Positions 14,503 to 23,990 of a stretch of 38,402 nucleotides of DNA are shown one piece after another. A model generated the notes under the pieces. The model ran no database searches. It was not told the DNA's origin and was given only the letters and a program-made list of their open reading frames with translations. The DNA is taken from the NCBI GenBank assembly GCA_038322405.1, contig JBBQFV010000002.1, positions 1-38,402 of the forward strand, given 5' to 3'. Numbering within the stretch: the first letter of the stretch is position 1; each line of letters opens with the position of its first letter. Origin of the DNA: Patescibacteria group bacterium (GTDB lineage: Bacteria > Patescibacteriota > UBA1384 > CAILIB01). The position numbers and the translations under genes are program-made.

Positions 14503-16308
14503 TCAAGCACCGGCGTCGGTGCCCACCGCTGGATCTGGGGGAGCGGCTCCTGTCCCCACCAAGAACTGGGCAGGCCAGGCCTTGTACACACTTATGAATG
14601 TCTTGCTGTATATTTGTTTGCCACTGCGGGTAACCGTATAGTCGACACTTGTCTTGGCACCATCGTGCGGGTGCTCAACCTGCTTGGTAACCTCCGTAGG
14701 GAGTGAATCGGTATTGGCGTAAATAGGATCACCAACAGGATAGATAGCTAAAATATTGGGCTTACCTATTGTGGATACGCGGCCGTCTTTTGTGCCGTAT
14801 AAATCGAAGGTAATGAGGTTGCCCACCACTGTCGATTGCACGAACATGGCAGTCGTAAAGTCATTCTTCCACTTAAAGTCTGGGGCAGGTTCAAAAATGG
14901 TAGCATCGAGGCCGGGACCAACCCCCACTTCGTAGTAGCTTACGCGGTAGGCATGGTTTTGACGCTCCACAATTGGCATTCCGGCGTTTAAAACAGAGCG
15001 GAAAAGGGTGGTGGATACCTGGCACAAGCCACCGCCGGCGTCGAGCACGGTCCGGTTGTCTTTAATCACCAGCTCGTTCAAGTACCCTGATTCAGTAGTA
15101 ATGGGCCCAAGGGTGTCGAGGGTCGAAAAGGTATCACCTGGTTTAATAAGCACTTGGTTAATGCTGGCAGCCCCTTTCTTAATGTTAAATACTCTGTTTA
15201 CCGGGCTTCCCGAAAAATTTGTGGTGGCCGTACCGACAAGCTCAGTAAGGCCAAGGGAGGCGAGGGTGCCGGCATTTACCTCCGCCTTTTTAACGACAAC
15301 TGTCCCACTGACCAGGTCATCCGTTTTGTCGGAATCAAGGTAGCCCGCCAAAGCCTGAGCCGTTTGGGCTTCGTCAATTTGCGAACCATCGACGTCCGAT
15401 TGGGAAATGGTCGCCTTACCATCTGCTCCAGCCACCAAGCGCACATTGACAGGACTCTTATTCACCTTGCCTTCCCATTCTTTCATAGCGTCAGTGGCCT
15501 TGCCGGTAAGGTTAAGATCCAAGCCGGTAGCTATGCCAGCGCTGGTGCGGGCAACAGTAGTCGATAACCAAGTGGCGAACGTGCCAGGATCTACCGTGAA
15601 AGTTTGGGTACCAAAGCTAACACTAAGCGGTTTGCTTAAAATTGCATTGGCCCGCGAAAGGGCAGGTCCCGCCATTGCAGGAGTAACCTCTGGTACAGCT
15701 GGCTCCAAATTGAGGGCTATGGTAGAAGTATCGGTTTTGAAAGCGGTGCTAAGCCCGCTTTCAAAGCTAGTCTCATCAAATTTTTGCCCAGGTTTTCCGG
15801 GAACTAATGTGGCTCCCACAGTGGAAAAGCTGAGCGTCGTTTCTTGCAAAACCGTCTCAATATTTTTCAAAACCTTTTCTTGCAGTGCCTTTTGGCCATC
15901 TGGCGTTACGGCCGTGAAACTCACGTCGGCGTAGCGACTACTGAGCGGGGCAGCAAACAGCTTTTTAAGTTGGCTGCCAAAGCCACCACCTTTTTCCTCA
16001 TTCCATAACTGGTTAAGCTGGCTGGTTGCCACTACGCTTGTGCCGAGTTCCGCAGGGCTAACGCTCCAATCCTTGCCCTCGTACGTAAGGGTAAGTGGTT
16101 GCCTAACAAAAGCTGCTTCCTTGCTGGCAAGTGCGCTTGCCGCCTCACTTTGGGTCATACCCCCAATAGCCACTCCCCCGACTACAGTACGCGGCAAGTA
16201 ACGGTGGTTGTAGTAAAAGGCATAGGCAGTGCCCAAGCCGCCAATCACCACTACAACTCCTACCGTCAGCAAAAACACTGTCCGAAAAAGACGGGATGTG
16301 CGAGGCAT
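14503..16308 (-). CDS. VanW-domain protein with N-terminal membrane anchor and C-terminal G5-like domain
   Basis: TM anchor LFRTVFLLTVGVVVVIGGLGTAYAF. VanW core GGGLCQVSTTLFRSVLNAGMPIVERQNHAYRVSYY. C-terminal G5-like segment. I prefer the ATG at 16308 (AAGAGG 5 nt upstream, 13 nt after the stop of the preceding small gene) over the ORF-track start at 16371, which has no RBS. Confidence 0.85.
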   Translation of the reverse strand: MPRTSRLFRTVFLLTVGVVVVIGGLGTAYAFYYNHRYLPRTVVGGVAIGGMTQSEAASALASKEAAFVRQPLTLTYEGKDWSVSPAELGTSVVATSQLNQLWNEEKGGGFGSQLKKLFAAPLSSRYADVSFTAVTPDGQKALQEKVLKNIETVLQETTLSFSTVGATLVPGKPGQKFDETSFESGLSTAFKTDTSTIALNLEPAVPEVTPAMAGPALSRANAILSKPLSVSFGTQTFTVDPGTFATWLSTTVARTSAGIATGLDLNLTGKATDAMKEWEGKVNKSPVNVRLVAGADGKATISQSDVDGSQIDEAQTAQALAGYLDSDKTDDLVSGTVVVKKAEVNAGTLASLGLTELVGTATTNFSGSPVNRVFNIKKGAASINQVLIKPGDTFSTLDTLGPITTESGYLNELVIKDNRTVLDAGGGLCQVSTTLFRSVLNAGMPIVERQNHAYRVSYYEVGVGPGLDATIFEPAPDFKWKNDFTTAMFVQSTVVGNLITFDLYGTKDGRVSTIGKPNILAIYPVGDPIYANTDSLPTEVTKQVEHPHDGAKTSVDYTVTRSGKQIYSKTFISVYKAWPAQFLVGTGAAPPDPAVGTDAGA

Positions 16309-16321
16309 GTTAACCTCTTCT

Positions 16322-16585
16322 TCAGGCGCCGATTTCTGGGGTTTCGGCTGGGCCGTTTTGCGTGGGGACATTGGTAATCAGTTGGGAAAGCAGGGTGCGG
16401 GCAAGCTCATCAGTTTGTAACCGGGCTTCCGCTTCCGGGAGGACAGTGAGCGTGTAGGTATCGCCAGCTTTGGGAGCAGGCGTAAGGTCACGGGCAGGAA
16501 CGCTAAGGACTTGGCCATCATCTAAGGCAATGGCAACTGTCCCGTTTTCAATTGTAGATATAATCCCTTGTAAGCGTAGTAACAT
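16322..16585 (-). CDS. small DUF3006-like protein (tentative)
   Basis: 87 aa from the internal ATG at 16585. LQGIISTIENGTVAIALDDGQVLSVPARDLTPAPKAGDTY fits the DUF3006 pattern (G-I-I-x-x-I-E-x-G-x-A-x-x-x-L-D-D-G ... P-x-x-x-L-P ... G-D). The longer 132-aa track ORF would overlap the upstream GT2 gene. No clear RBS. Confidence 0.4.
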   Translation of the reverse strand: MLLRLQGIISTIENGTVAIALDDGQVLSVPARDLTPAPKAGDTYTLTVLPEAEARLQTDELARTLLSQLITNVPTQNGPAETPEIGA

Positions 16586-16611
16586 GGCGGGTGGCAACAG
16601 GTAAAGGGTTG

Positions 16612-17331
16612 CTATTGGTAGGCGCCTTCGCGAACCTTGCGTTTGATTATGTTCAAGTCCTGGAATGACCTTGCCGCCGCGTGGGTTGCACGCAGTTTTG
16701 AGTCGGCATCGTCGTACCAATCCACTGCCACTTCCTTAATTGTACAGTTATGAAGGCGGCAAATAGTAAGCACCTCAACGTCGAAGGCCCAACCGTTCAT
16801 GCTCTGGCGGGTAAAAGCGTTTTGGGCAGCCTCGGCACAGAATAACTTAAAGCCACATTGGGTATCGACAATGCCTGGCAACACTGAGCGCTGGATAAGC
16901 ATATTGCCGATGCGCGAAACAAGACGGCGAACGAGCGGCTGCTTCAACTTGATACTGTCCTTTTTCAGGTAGCGCGAACCAATAATGACATCGAACTTGC
17001 CAATGAATGGGAGCAACTTGTCGAGCTCGGTGATAGGGGTTGAGTGGTCGGCATCCATAAACAAGCGGTGTTCGCCGGTAGCGGCTAACATTCCTTGGCG
17101 CACTACGCCACCCTTCCCCTTGTTTTCGGCGTTGGTAATAATTTGGAGCTCGGGAAAGGTTTTTTGGAGCTCAGCCACCTTGGCTACCGTTGCGTCTTTG
17201 CTACCATCGTCTACCACCAGCACTTCGGCGGTAAAGGATTGTTTGCCAAGGTACTCCTGCACGCTGGCAAGGGTTTCAGGAAGACGTTCCGCTTCGTTAT
17301 AGGCGGGAATGACAATGGAGAGGTAAGACAT
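16612..17331 (-). CDS. GT2 glycosyltransferase, polyprenyl/dolichyl-phosphate hexose synthase-like
   Basis: 239 aa. SIVIPAYNE, VVDDGSKD and DXD-type FMDADH. Short single-domain Dpm1/GtrB-like size. Confidence 0.85.
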   Translation of the reverse strand: MSYLSIVIPAYNEAERLPETLASVQEYLGKQSFTAEVLVVDDGSKDATVAKVAELQKTFPELQIITNAENKGKGGVVRQGMLAATGEHRLFMDADHSTPITELDKLLPFIGKFDVIIGSRYLKKDSIKLKQPLVRRLVSRIGNMLIQRSVLPGIVDTQCGFKLFCAEAAQNAFTRQSMNGWAFDVEVLTICRLHNCTIKEVAVDWYDDADSKLRATHAAARSFQDLNIIKRKVREGAYQ

Positions 17332-17337
17332 ACAGGC

Positions 17338-18501
17338 TCACACTATCAGATCTCTGTCGCGTCGGCCACGCAAACTTAAGATTATGGCTATGTAGAGCCA
17401 AAATAATACGGCCAGTTCCAGTTTAAAAATAGGTGTGTCCACAAGTCCGTGGACCAAAATGGCAATCAGCGCTGCTGCTGCAGCCCCTCCCTGGGCGAGC
17501 GTCCCGCCAATTATAAGAAGCATGGCGATAAGGCCAATGAGGGAAAGGTCGAGCCAAAAGGCCAGGTACAGGTTATGCGGCTCTGGCACATTCCACTCAA
17601 TTGGGTTGCCCACTATAGTCCCTACGGTGGTGAGGTACACCCTGTCAAATGAGCGCAGGCCCGTCCCGGTTATAGGGTGTTTGCTGCCAATCTTCCAGGC
17701 TACCCGCCAAATTTCCTGACGAGAGGCAAGTGACGAGCGGGGGTTATCGACAAAGCGTTGCTTGGCAATCCCAGCGCCGAGCAATCCGACTAACACAGTG
17801 AGAATTCCAATAATGAACCTGGTGCGCTTGGCCTTTACCAGGCTGATCACCAAGTAAATGCCGCCTCCTACCAGGCCCAGGAATCCGCCAAGTGACTGGC
17901 TCAAAATCAGGCCCCAAATGAGCACGGTAATTGCCAACCACTTGCCCTTTGTCGGAATGAGAAAGGCTAAAAAGATGGCCGGGGTTACCACTGCCGCGTA
18001 AAAGTTTGGCGACGTGAACGTGCCCATAAGCCGGGGCTCAACTTGGTCGGGCAATACTTGCAGCCCATAGGCAGTTTGCAGCAAGGCCCCAATTACGACA
18101 CCAAATATAAGGCTCTCCACCCCAATGCCACTCGCTACAATGAGGACGGCCAGAAGCATGGGGGCAATGAACCACGACTTGGCAGCCCCAAGGGCATCTT
18201 GAGGGACTTGGGAAACGGCAACCGAAATAGCCAGGGCTGGCAGCATAAGCAGTGCCCCCCAGCGAATAACAGCGGGGAGGCACAAAAGCCGGCCAATCCC
18301 TTCTTTTTTGATTTCTGGCCAGGTTAGCGTAACGAATACCACGAGCAACGCTTCAAACCAGTAGACGGGAATGCTACCCAGATGAAACAAGGCCTTCTCC
18401 CCAATGAGCAAGGTGCTGGGCAAGAAAAACAACAACAGATGGGCAAAGCGGTGTCTCATAGGTAGGCTACGCTGCTGGTGCGTCGCGCTAGCCCTTTGCA
18501 T
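17338..18501 (-). CDS. O-antigen ligase/Wzy-family polytopic membrane protein
   Basis: About 10-12 hydrophobic helices with a Wzy_C-like region (ILSQSLGGFLGLVGGGIYLV ... GTGLRSF). The start is uncertain: ATG at 18501 is used here, ATG at 18459 and TTG at 18558 are alternatives, and the TTG version would overlap the upstream gene. Confidence 0.7.
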   Translation of the reverse strand: MQRASATHQQRSLPMRHRFAHLLLFFLPSTLLIGEKALFHLGSIPVYWFEALLVVFVTLTWPEIKKEGIGRLLCLPAVIRWGALLMLPALAISVAVSQVPQDALGAAKSWFIAPMLLAVLIVASGIGVESLIFGVVIGALLQTAYGLQVLPDQVEPRLMGTFTSPNFYAAVVTPAIFLAFLIPTKGKWLAITVLIWGLILSQSLGGFLGLVGGGIYLVISLVKAKRTRFIIGILTVLVGLLGAGIAKQRFVDNPRSSLASRQEIWRVAWKIGSKHPITGTGLRSFDRVYLTTVGTIVGNPIEWNVPEPHNLYLAFWLDLSLIGLIAMLLIIGGTLAQGGAAAAALIAILVHGLVDTPIFKLELAVLFWLYIAIILSLRGRRDRDLIV

Positions 18502-18505
18502 GGGC

Positions 18506-19120
18506 TTAAGCTTTGACGCCGCGGTCATACAACGCAGCAATGACAAAGCCAAAGACAAGCCCGACGGCCAGGCCGGCTATAGGGACAAGCGGCAACCCGG
18601 ACGCTTGGTCAGTAACGGTAGGTTCGGTGTAACTGAGGTCGATGCTCAAATCCCCTTGCGATTGGTCATAGGTTGTCTTGGCATTGTTCAAAACGCCGCG
18701 CAGGGCAGTAAATACGCTTGTTACCTGATCGGCTGAAGTGCCTACAAACTGCACTTGGTAGGAGCTGGAAAGCGCAACTGGTGCCACTACTTGGAAAGTT
18801 TTGGCATAGTCATCCAAACTGAGCGTGTCGGTTGCCACCCCTGCAGTTTCGAGGGCTTTGCGTACGTAGAAAGGGTCAGCCAACCAGGCCTGACTGGTGG
18901 CCATAGCCGTTTGCAAGTCTTGAGTCTGGCTAGCCTGCAAAATGAGCTGCTGGGTGGTTGGATACTTGCGTGTTGCCTGGACAGTTACCGTAAGCGAACC
19001 AGAAAACTTGGGCGCTTTGTGACCGTTTTCCAGCAAGGCTGCCCCAAAAACAAGCAACGTAAGTACTAAAATGATTGGCCAGCGACGAACAATAAGTTGG
19101 GTGAGGCTAAAACGTTCCAT
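18506..19120 (-). CDS. small bitopic protein with Wzz/polysaccharide-co-polymerase-like topology (tentative)
   Basis: 204 aa from the ATG at 19120 (MERFSLTQ...). TM helix near the N-terminus (WPIILVLTLLVFGAALL), a ~150-aa soluble region, and a second TM at the extreme C-terminus preceded by a Pro-containing segment (GLPLVPIAGLAVGLVFGFVIAAL). It lies within a glycan locus. Confidence 0.4.
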   Translation of the reverse strand: MERFSLTQLIVRRWPIILVLTLLVFGAALLENGHKAPKFSGSLTVTVQATRKYPTTQQLILQASQTQDLQTAMATSQAWLADPFYVRKALETAGVATDTLSLDDYAKTFQVVAPVALSSSYQVQFVGTSADQVTSVFTALRGVLNNAKTTYDQSQGDLSIDLSYTEPTVTDQASGLPLVPIAGLAVGLVFGFVIAALYDRGVKA

Positions 19121-19197
19121 GAAGTGAGAGCTATTTGTGTTTCCAGCATAGCTGCTCTGGCGGCAAAAGAAAAATACTTTCTGATACACTGACAGAT

Positions 19198-19944
19198 ATG
19201 AATAAGCTTTCGGTCACCGTCATTACCAAAAACGAGGAACCCAACATTGAGCGCTGCCTTAGTTCTGTGGCCTGGGCAGACGAGCTGGTGGTGGTAGATA
19301 GCGGCAGCACTGACCGGACTGTCGAATTAGCCAAATCCTTGGGCGCCAAGGTGCTGGAAACTGATTGGCCAGGTTGGGCAAAGCAAAAGAACCGGGCCAT
19401 AGATGCAGCAGCTCACAACTGGATTTTAAGCCTCGACGCTGACGAATGGCTACCTGAAGGCGTCGAAGCCATTATTCGCGATGCCCTCGATGGGCTCCTT
19501 AATGATGCCTATACCCTGCCCCGCAAAACCTTTTTCCTGGGCAAATGGATTGCCCACCAAGGGTGGTACCCAGACCGCCAAATCCGCCTGTTTAAAAAGT
19601 CAGTCACCCGTTTCAGCGAAGTGCCGGTGCATGAAAAAGTAGAACCGACTAACCATACTGCTGCCCTTACGGTGCCTATCAACCACGAATCCTACGTCGA
19701 CCTTCAGCAGTACTTCACAAAGAACAAGGCCTATAGCACTGCCCAGGCCGAGCAACAAAAAAACAGCCACTTTGTGCTATTCAAGCTCTTGTTCTACCCC
19801 ATCGCGCGCTTTGGCCAAACCTACATTCTGCAAGCCGGTTTCTTAGATGGCTGGCGTGGGCTACAACTCTCCGTGCTGCGTAGTTGGTACGAAGCTATGG
19901 TGCAACGGAAGATTCTGGCTCTCCAACGTACAGCGCGCCAATAA
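19198..19944 (+). CDS. GT2 glycosyltransferase (WaaE/KdtX-like)
   Basis: 248 aa from the ATG at 19198 (MNKLSVTVITKNEEPNIERCL). VVVDSGSTDRT and LDADEW motifs. The track start at 19135 adds an implausible N-terminal extension. Confidence 0.85.
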   Translation: MNKLSVTVITKNEEPNIERCLSSVAWADELVVVDSGSTDRTVELAKSLGAKVLETDWPGWAKQKNRAIDAAAHNWILSLDADEWLPEGVEAIIRDALDGLLNDAYTLPRKTFFLGKWIAHQGWYPDRQIRLFKKSVTRFSEVPVHEKVEPTNHTAALTVPINHESYVDLQQYFTKNKAYSTAQAEQQKNSHFVLFKLLFYPIARFGQTYILQAGFLDGWRGLQLSVLRSWYEAMVQRKILALQRTARQ

Positions 19945-21241
19945 AGAAGGCGTAGACAATTAAAATGAGAGGGTAAAAGAGCGCGTTTACAAACATGGCG
20001 TTCACTAAGAGGGCTGGGGTGGCAATGAGAATTACCCAGCCAGCTATCCTAAGCTCTGCCTGCTTGGCCGTGCGGATGCGTCTGAATGCATCACGCATCA
20101 AGAAAAATCCGGTCATGAAGAATAAGACAAAGCCCACAAAGCCCGTTGTTGCGAACACATTGAGCAAGCTGCTGTCACTGCCAGAGGCGGCCAGGCTTGT
20201 GTCATTGGGCCGGGTGAGGTTAAGAGCCTCTTGGGCCCGTTCGTAATTGTTATACCCAACGCCAAGGATTGGATTAACCTCTATTACCGCCAAAGCCCGT
20301 TTCCAAGATTTGATGCGGTCCTGGGAGGTGGCATCGACTTTAAAGCCCCCTTCTATCCGCTGGGCAATGCGCGGAATGCTCAAGGCAAGCGGCAGGATGC
20401 ACACCACCGCCACAAGCAGCAACTTCCAAGAATAAGAAAGGCCTATGATAACCAGCGTGACCGCCAAGGCCAGGTAGCCGCTACGCGAAAAGGTCAGTAC
20501 GCTCGCAATAATGGTGGCTGCCCCAAAAACCCAGAGCCAAAACCGCGGCTTTTCCCTATTAAGGGCAAAGACAAAAGAAATGAGCATGGCAAAGTAGCCA
20601 CCTAGGTAATTTGGGTCAAGGAACGTAGACACAAAGCGCCCTACGTGCGGGTCCCACCCATAGCGGGAAAGTATCCCAATATTGGGAAAAAGCACTAACT
20701 GGAGTACCCCAAGCCCCACCACCCCTACCCCACTCCAAAGGGTTACTTTGTAGGGAAGTTGCAATCCTTTTGCTTGGCGGTACAGCGAAGGGACTATCCA
20801 AATAAGCGAGGAATACAGCACCAGCCGAACCCAGTACAGTGCAGCGGTAATGAACTCTCCCCGATTGAGGTGATAGGGAGTGAAGATGAGGGAAATAATT
20901 CCTACCACCAAAAATCCGTACCAAGCTAGGTGGGCTGGGGTACGCGGCAATGAGATACGCTTCCAGACCGCCCAAACTAGCCAGATGAGGAATAAACCAC
21001 CGAGGAAGCCATCTGCAAGCAAAGGTGCGCCACCATGAAGGGGCGGGATACGTCCGGCTTGGCCAAGGGCGACCGAGCCCAGGGCGGCATAGAGTAGTAT
21101 GCTTGGCGAGCGAAACGCGCCCCACAGGACGGGTATGGCGAGAGCTGCCCCAATGGCCGTGAATGGCTGCCAGGAGGCCAAGAACGCTAAGCCCACTATA
21201 CCAACCACGGAGCCAAGATAGAGGGGAAGCCGTTTATGCAT
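19895..21241 (-). CDS. O-antigen ligase/Wzy-family polytopic membrane protein
   Basis: 448 aa with ~12 hydrophobic helices and a Wzy_C-like segment (LTFSRSGYLALAVTLVIIGL ... GVGYNNY). The 3' end overlaps the convergent GT2 gene by 50 nt. Confidence 0.75.
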   Translation of the reverse strand: MHKRLPLYLGSVVGIVGLAFLASWQPFTAIGAALAIPVLWGAFRSPSILLYAALGSVALGQAGRIPPLHGGAPLLADGFLGGLFLIWLVWAVWKRISLPRTPAHLAWYGFLVVGIISLIFTPYHLNRGEFITAALYWVRLVLYSSLIWIVPSLYRQAKGLQLPYKVTLWSGVGVVGLGVLQLVLFPNIGILSRYGWDPHVGRFVSTFLDPNYLGGYFAMLISFVFALNREKPRFWLWVFGAATIIASVLTFSRSGYLALAVTLVIIGLSYSWKLLLVAVVCILPLALSIPRIAQRIEGGFKVDATSQDRIKSWKRALAVIEVNPILGVGYNNYERAQEALNLTRPNDTSLAASGSDSSLLNVFATTGFVGFVLFFMTGFFLMRDAFRRIRTAKQAELRIAGWVILIATPALLVNAMFVNALFYPLILIVYAFFIGALYVGEPESSVAP

Positions 21242-21246
21242 TGCTC

Positions 21247-22194
21247 CTAGAATACCTTAAGCACGGGGTTGCGCACGACAGTGGTGCCCATTTTTCGGGT
21301 CTCGCGCGCTGCCCGGGTACCTGCGGCAATTGCCCGCCAAGGTAGTAAAAACGCCTTTGGGCTCCCCTTTCCATACACCAGCCAACAGGCTAGGATTGGC
21401 CGGCTTAGGTGAAGGACGAAAAAAGGTATGCGCCAGCCTGGCACGTGCTTGCGATAAAACAAAAAGTGATTGAAGAAAAAGGCGTAGTACCAATCGAGGC
21501 GTCCTTCGCTCCGGGTACCCCCGCTTACCACCATATGGTGAATGGCGTAAGCCTCGGGTATGAAGCGAATAATGCCACCCGCTTCCCTAATGCGCACCGC
21601 CAGGTCGGTTTCTTCGCGCATGGCGTTTCCTATAAACTGCTCTTCAAAAAGACCTGTTTGCTTGAGCACCGTGGCGCGTACCGAAAAGTTACACCCTACA
21701 AACCCGTTCGATTCCCCCGCCCGCTTGCCGTAAAAATTGTTCTCAAAGCTGCCAAACCAGGTGACATCGCCAATTACGGCCGGCTCATTGCTGGGGTAGG
21801 AATGTCCAGGCACGTTTACCCTTCCCGCTACCGCCATTACCGTGGGATCGTCGTAGGCAGCTACGTGGCGCTGGACAAAATCAGGGGCTACTTCTACATC
21901 ATCGTCCACGAAAATAATGATATCTGGATTACTGGCCCGTTTGATGCCAAAGTTGCGCGCCTTCGTTAGTGAAGCAAACGTCACAATTGGCGGCTGGAAA
22001 AGTTGGATCCAGGCTTTGGCGGCTTGTTTTAAATATACCGCTGTTTCCGGGTCGTGCTCTTTGGTTTGATCTACCACCAACACCTCCAGTTTACCCGGCG
22101 CATAGCTCAGGCGCTTGAGCGAGGAAAGGGTAGCCACCAATGCTTTTTCGCGCTTAAAGGTGGGAACAATAATACTGACGCGGGGGGCGCTCAT
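21247..22194 (-). CDS. GT2 glycosyltransferase
   Basis: 315 aa. VSIIVPTFKRE, VVDQT and IIFVDDDVE (DXD). Confidence 0.85.
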   Translation of the reverse strand: MSAPRVSIIVPTFKREKALVATLSSLKRLSYAPGKLEVLVVDQTKEHDPETAVYLKQAAKAWIQLFQPPIVTFASLTKARNFGIKRASNPDIIIFVDDDVEVAPDFVQRHVAAYDDPTVMAVAGRVNVPGHSYPSNEPAVIGDVTWFGSFENNFYGKRAGESNGFVGCNFSVRATVLKQTGLFEEQFIGNAMREETDLAVRIREAGGIIRFIPEAYAIHHMVVSGGTRSEGRLDWYYAFFFNHFLFYRKHVPGWRIPFFVLHLSRPILACWLVYGKGSPKAFLLPWRAIAAGTRAARETRKMGTTVVRNPVLKVF

Positions 22195-23183
22195 GCTGAG
22201 AAATCAAGGTTGAGTGATTGGAATTCCCTGGCTGCGCCCATCCGCCGCTTAAACAGATAGGCTGTACGAAATACCGGACCGGCTTTGCGGGTCAGGCTGG
22301 CGTAACGGGCGGCATCGGCTTCGTCGTATAGTTTCGCCGCTTCTTTGTAGTTTCCTTCCAACAGGAACCGGTTGGCCAAGTGGACCGTCTGTCGGCGCAC
22401 ACCCTTTTTAGCCTCTTCCCGCTCCCATTCTTGCCAAGCTCCCCGCGGGTCTTGACCTGGAAATGCCCGCTTGCTGGTGATAATTTTCTGATAAAAGTCC
22501 CGCTCGTCGGCGATCATCTTTTTGTCATCCGCGGAAATGCTGTTGCTGTTCCTATACTGCCAAGTAGCCAGCGGCTTATCGATAATACCCGCCGGAAACA
22601 CCCGGGAAATGCGGTACCACAAGTCATAGTCGTCTACCCCTTTGAAGCTAGCGTCAAACATCCCCACTACTTCAAAAACGCTGCGCCGGATTAACGTCGA
22701 GTTTGGCGGGACAAAGTTTCCCTGCAGTAAACGCTTTGCAAAACCGGCCGTTACGTCCCCGGTTATGGCGCCAAGAGCGAGACCATCCACTTTTCCCGTT
22801 TGGGCGTTGACGAGTTCACAATTGCTACAGAGAAAATCAACCTTTTGTTTAGTAATTTCTGCCACCATAAGCTCCAGCTTTTGGGGATGGAACGTGTCGT
22901 CGTGGTCGAGAAAGGTGACAAATTCCCCTTTGGCGAGGGCGATTCCTTCGTTACGGGCAACTGAAGGGCCGCCATTGTTTTTAGGCAACGCCTTTACGGC
23001 AATCCTTTTGTCCTTTTTTGCGAGTGCGCTGGCCACTTCAAGGGTAGAATCGGGCGACTTGTCATCTACCAATAAGAGTTCCCAGTCACTAAAGGTCTGC
23101 GCCAATACCGAAGCAACTGTCGCTTCCAGGTAAGGTGCGGACTTGTACATTGCAATAATGATAGACACTTGAGGAGCTTGCAT
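22191..23183 (-). CDS. GT2 glycosyltransferase with C-terminal helical extension
   Basis: 330 aa. VSIIIAMYKSAPYL, LLLVDDKSPD and FLDHDD (DXD). A 4-nt start/stop overlap with the downstream GT2. Confidence 0.85.
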   Translation of the reverse strand: MQAPQVSIIIAMYKSAPYLEATVASVLAQTFSDWELLLVDDKSPDSTLEVASALAKKDKRIAVKALPKNNGGPSVARNEGIALAKGEFVTFLDHDDTFHPQKLELMVAEITKQKVDFLCSNCELVNAQTGKVDGLALGAITGDVTAGFAKRLLQGNFVPPNSTLIRRSVFEVVGMFDASFKGVDDYDLWYRISRVFPAGIIDKPLATWQYRNSNSISADDKKMIADERDFYQKIITSKRAFPGQDPRGAWQEWEREEAKKGVRRQTVHLANRFLLEGNYKEAAKLYDEADAARYASLTRKAGPVFRTAYLFKRRMGAAREFQSLNLDFSA

Positions 23184-23222
23184 AGTGTTAGCTTAGCAAT
23201 AGCCTAACCTGAAGCCAAGGAG

Positions 23223-23990
23223 TCAGCCTAGAAGGTGGCGAATCTTGCGCTTTGCCCGCCAGCTAAAAATGCGCGCCTTATTCAAGGGATTGCCATAGGT
23301 TCGCGGATGATTTGCGGCAATTTGGGCCCGCACCTGCTTATGGGTTTCGGTCGTCATATCGTTACGGCCACCGTCATTCTTTTGACGGTACCAGAGGAAT
23401 GTCTCCCGGCAGTACGCCCCCTTAAAGCCAGCTTCCGCCAAGCTAAGGTAAAAATCCCAATCCTCAAAACCCTTGGTCATGTTTTTGTTAAAGTACCCGA
23501 CCTGACGGGCAGCGCTTACCCGTACGAGTGAAGCAACATGGACAAAGTTTTCGGGCACCATTCGGCCAAGCGACCATTCCCCCGCATGCATCCAGCCTTC
23601 ACGCGCACCAAAGTACTGGGCATCGCAGTAGGCATAGCCCACTGTTTCTGGCTGACCCTCCAAACAATGGAGCAATGCTTCTACATAGTTTTCGGGCATG
23701 CGATCGTCGGCATCGAGGCGAATGACAAGGGAGGTTTCCACCAACGCGAGGGCCGTATTACAAGCCGCGCAAACCCCGGCATTGGCTTGGTTAAGGTAAG
23801 TAATTGTCGGATGCTCCCTCACAAGCTGATGCATTGTTTGGTCAGTATTGTCGGTCGAACCGTCGTTCACCACAATCAAGCGGGCAACTGGCGCAGTTTG
23901 TTTGAACACACTCTCAATGGCTTCACGCACAAACTCACCCTGGTTATAAGCGGGCATTATGAAAGTAACGTTTGAGCCGTCGGCACTCAT
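23223..23990 (-). CDS. GT2 glycosyltransferase
   Basis: 255 aa. FIMPAYNQGEF, VVNDGSTDNT and RLDADD (DXD). A 4-nt overlap with the upstream flippase gene. Confidence 0.85.
   Translation of the reverse strand: MSADGSNVTFIMPAYNQGEFVREAIESVFKQTAPVARLIVVNDGSTDNTDQTMHQLVREHPTITYLNQANAGVCAACNTALALVETSLVIRLDADDRMPENYVEALLHCLEGQPETVGYAYCDAQYFGAREGWMHAGEWSLGRMVPENFVHVASLVRVSAARQVGYFNKNMTKGFEDWDFYLSLAEAGFKGAYCRETFLWYRQKNDGGRNDMTTETHKQVRAQIAANHPRTYGNPLNKARIFSWRAKRKIRHLLG

Noticed and set aside
16322-16720. 132-aa version of the small ORF overlapping the 3' end of the GT2 gene by 109 nt.
   Set aside because: The N-terminal 45 residues are Arg/Pro-rich read-through of the GT2 coding region in another frame. 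The DUF3006-like part starts at the internal ATG at 16585, so the call was trimmed.
20616-21125. 169-aa minus-strand ORF in an alternative frame inside the Wzy-like gene (and similar internal ORFs such as 18038-18283 and 24969-25364).
   Set aside because: These are out-of-frame ORFs within well-supported membrane-protein genes. They are Pro/Arg/Gly-rich translations typical of off-frame GC-rich sequence.
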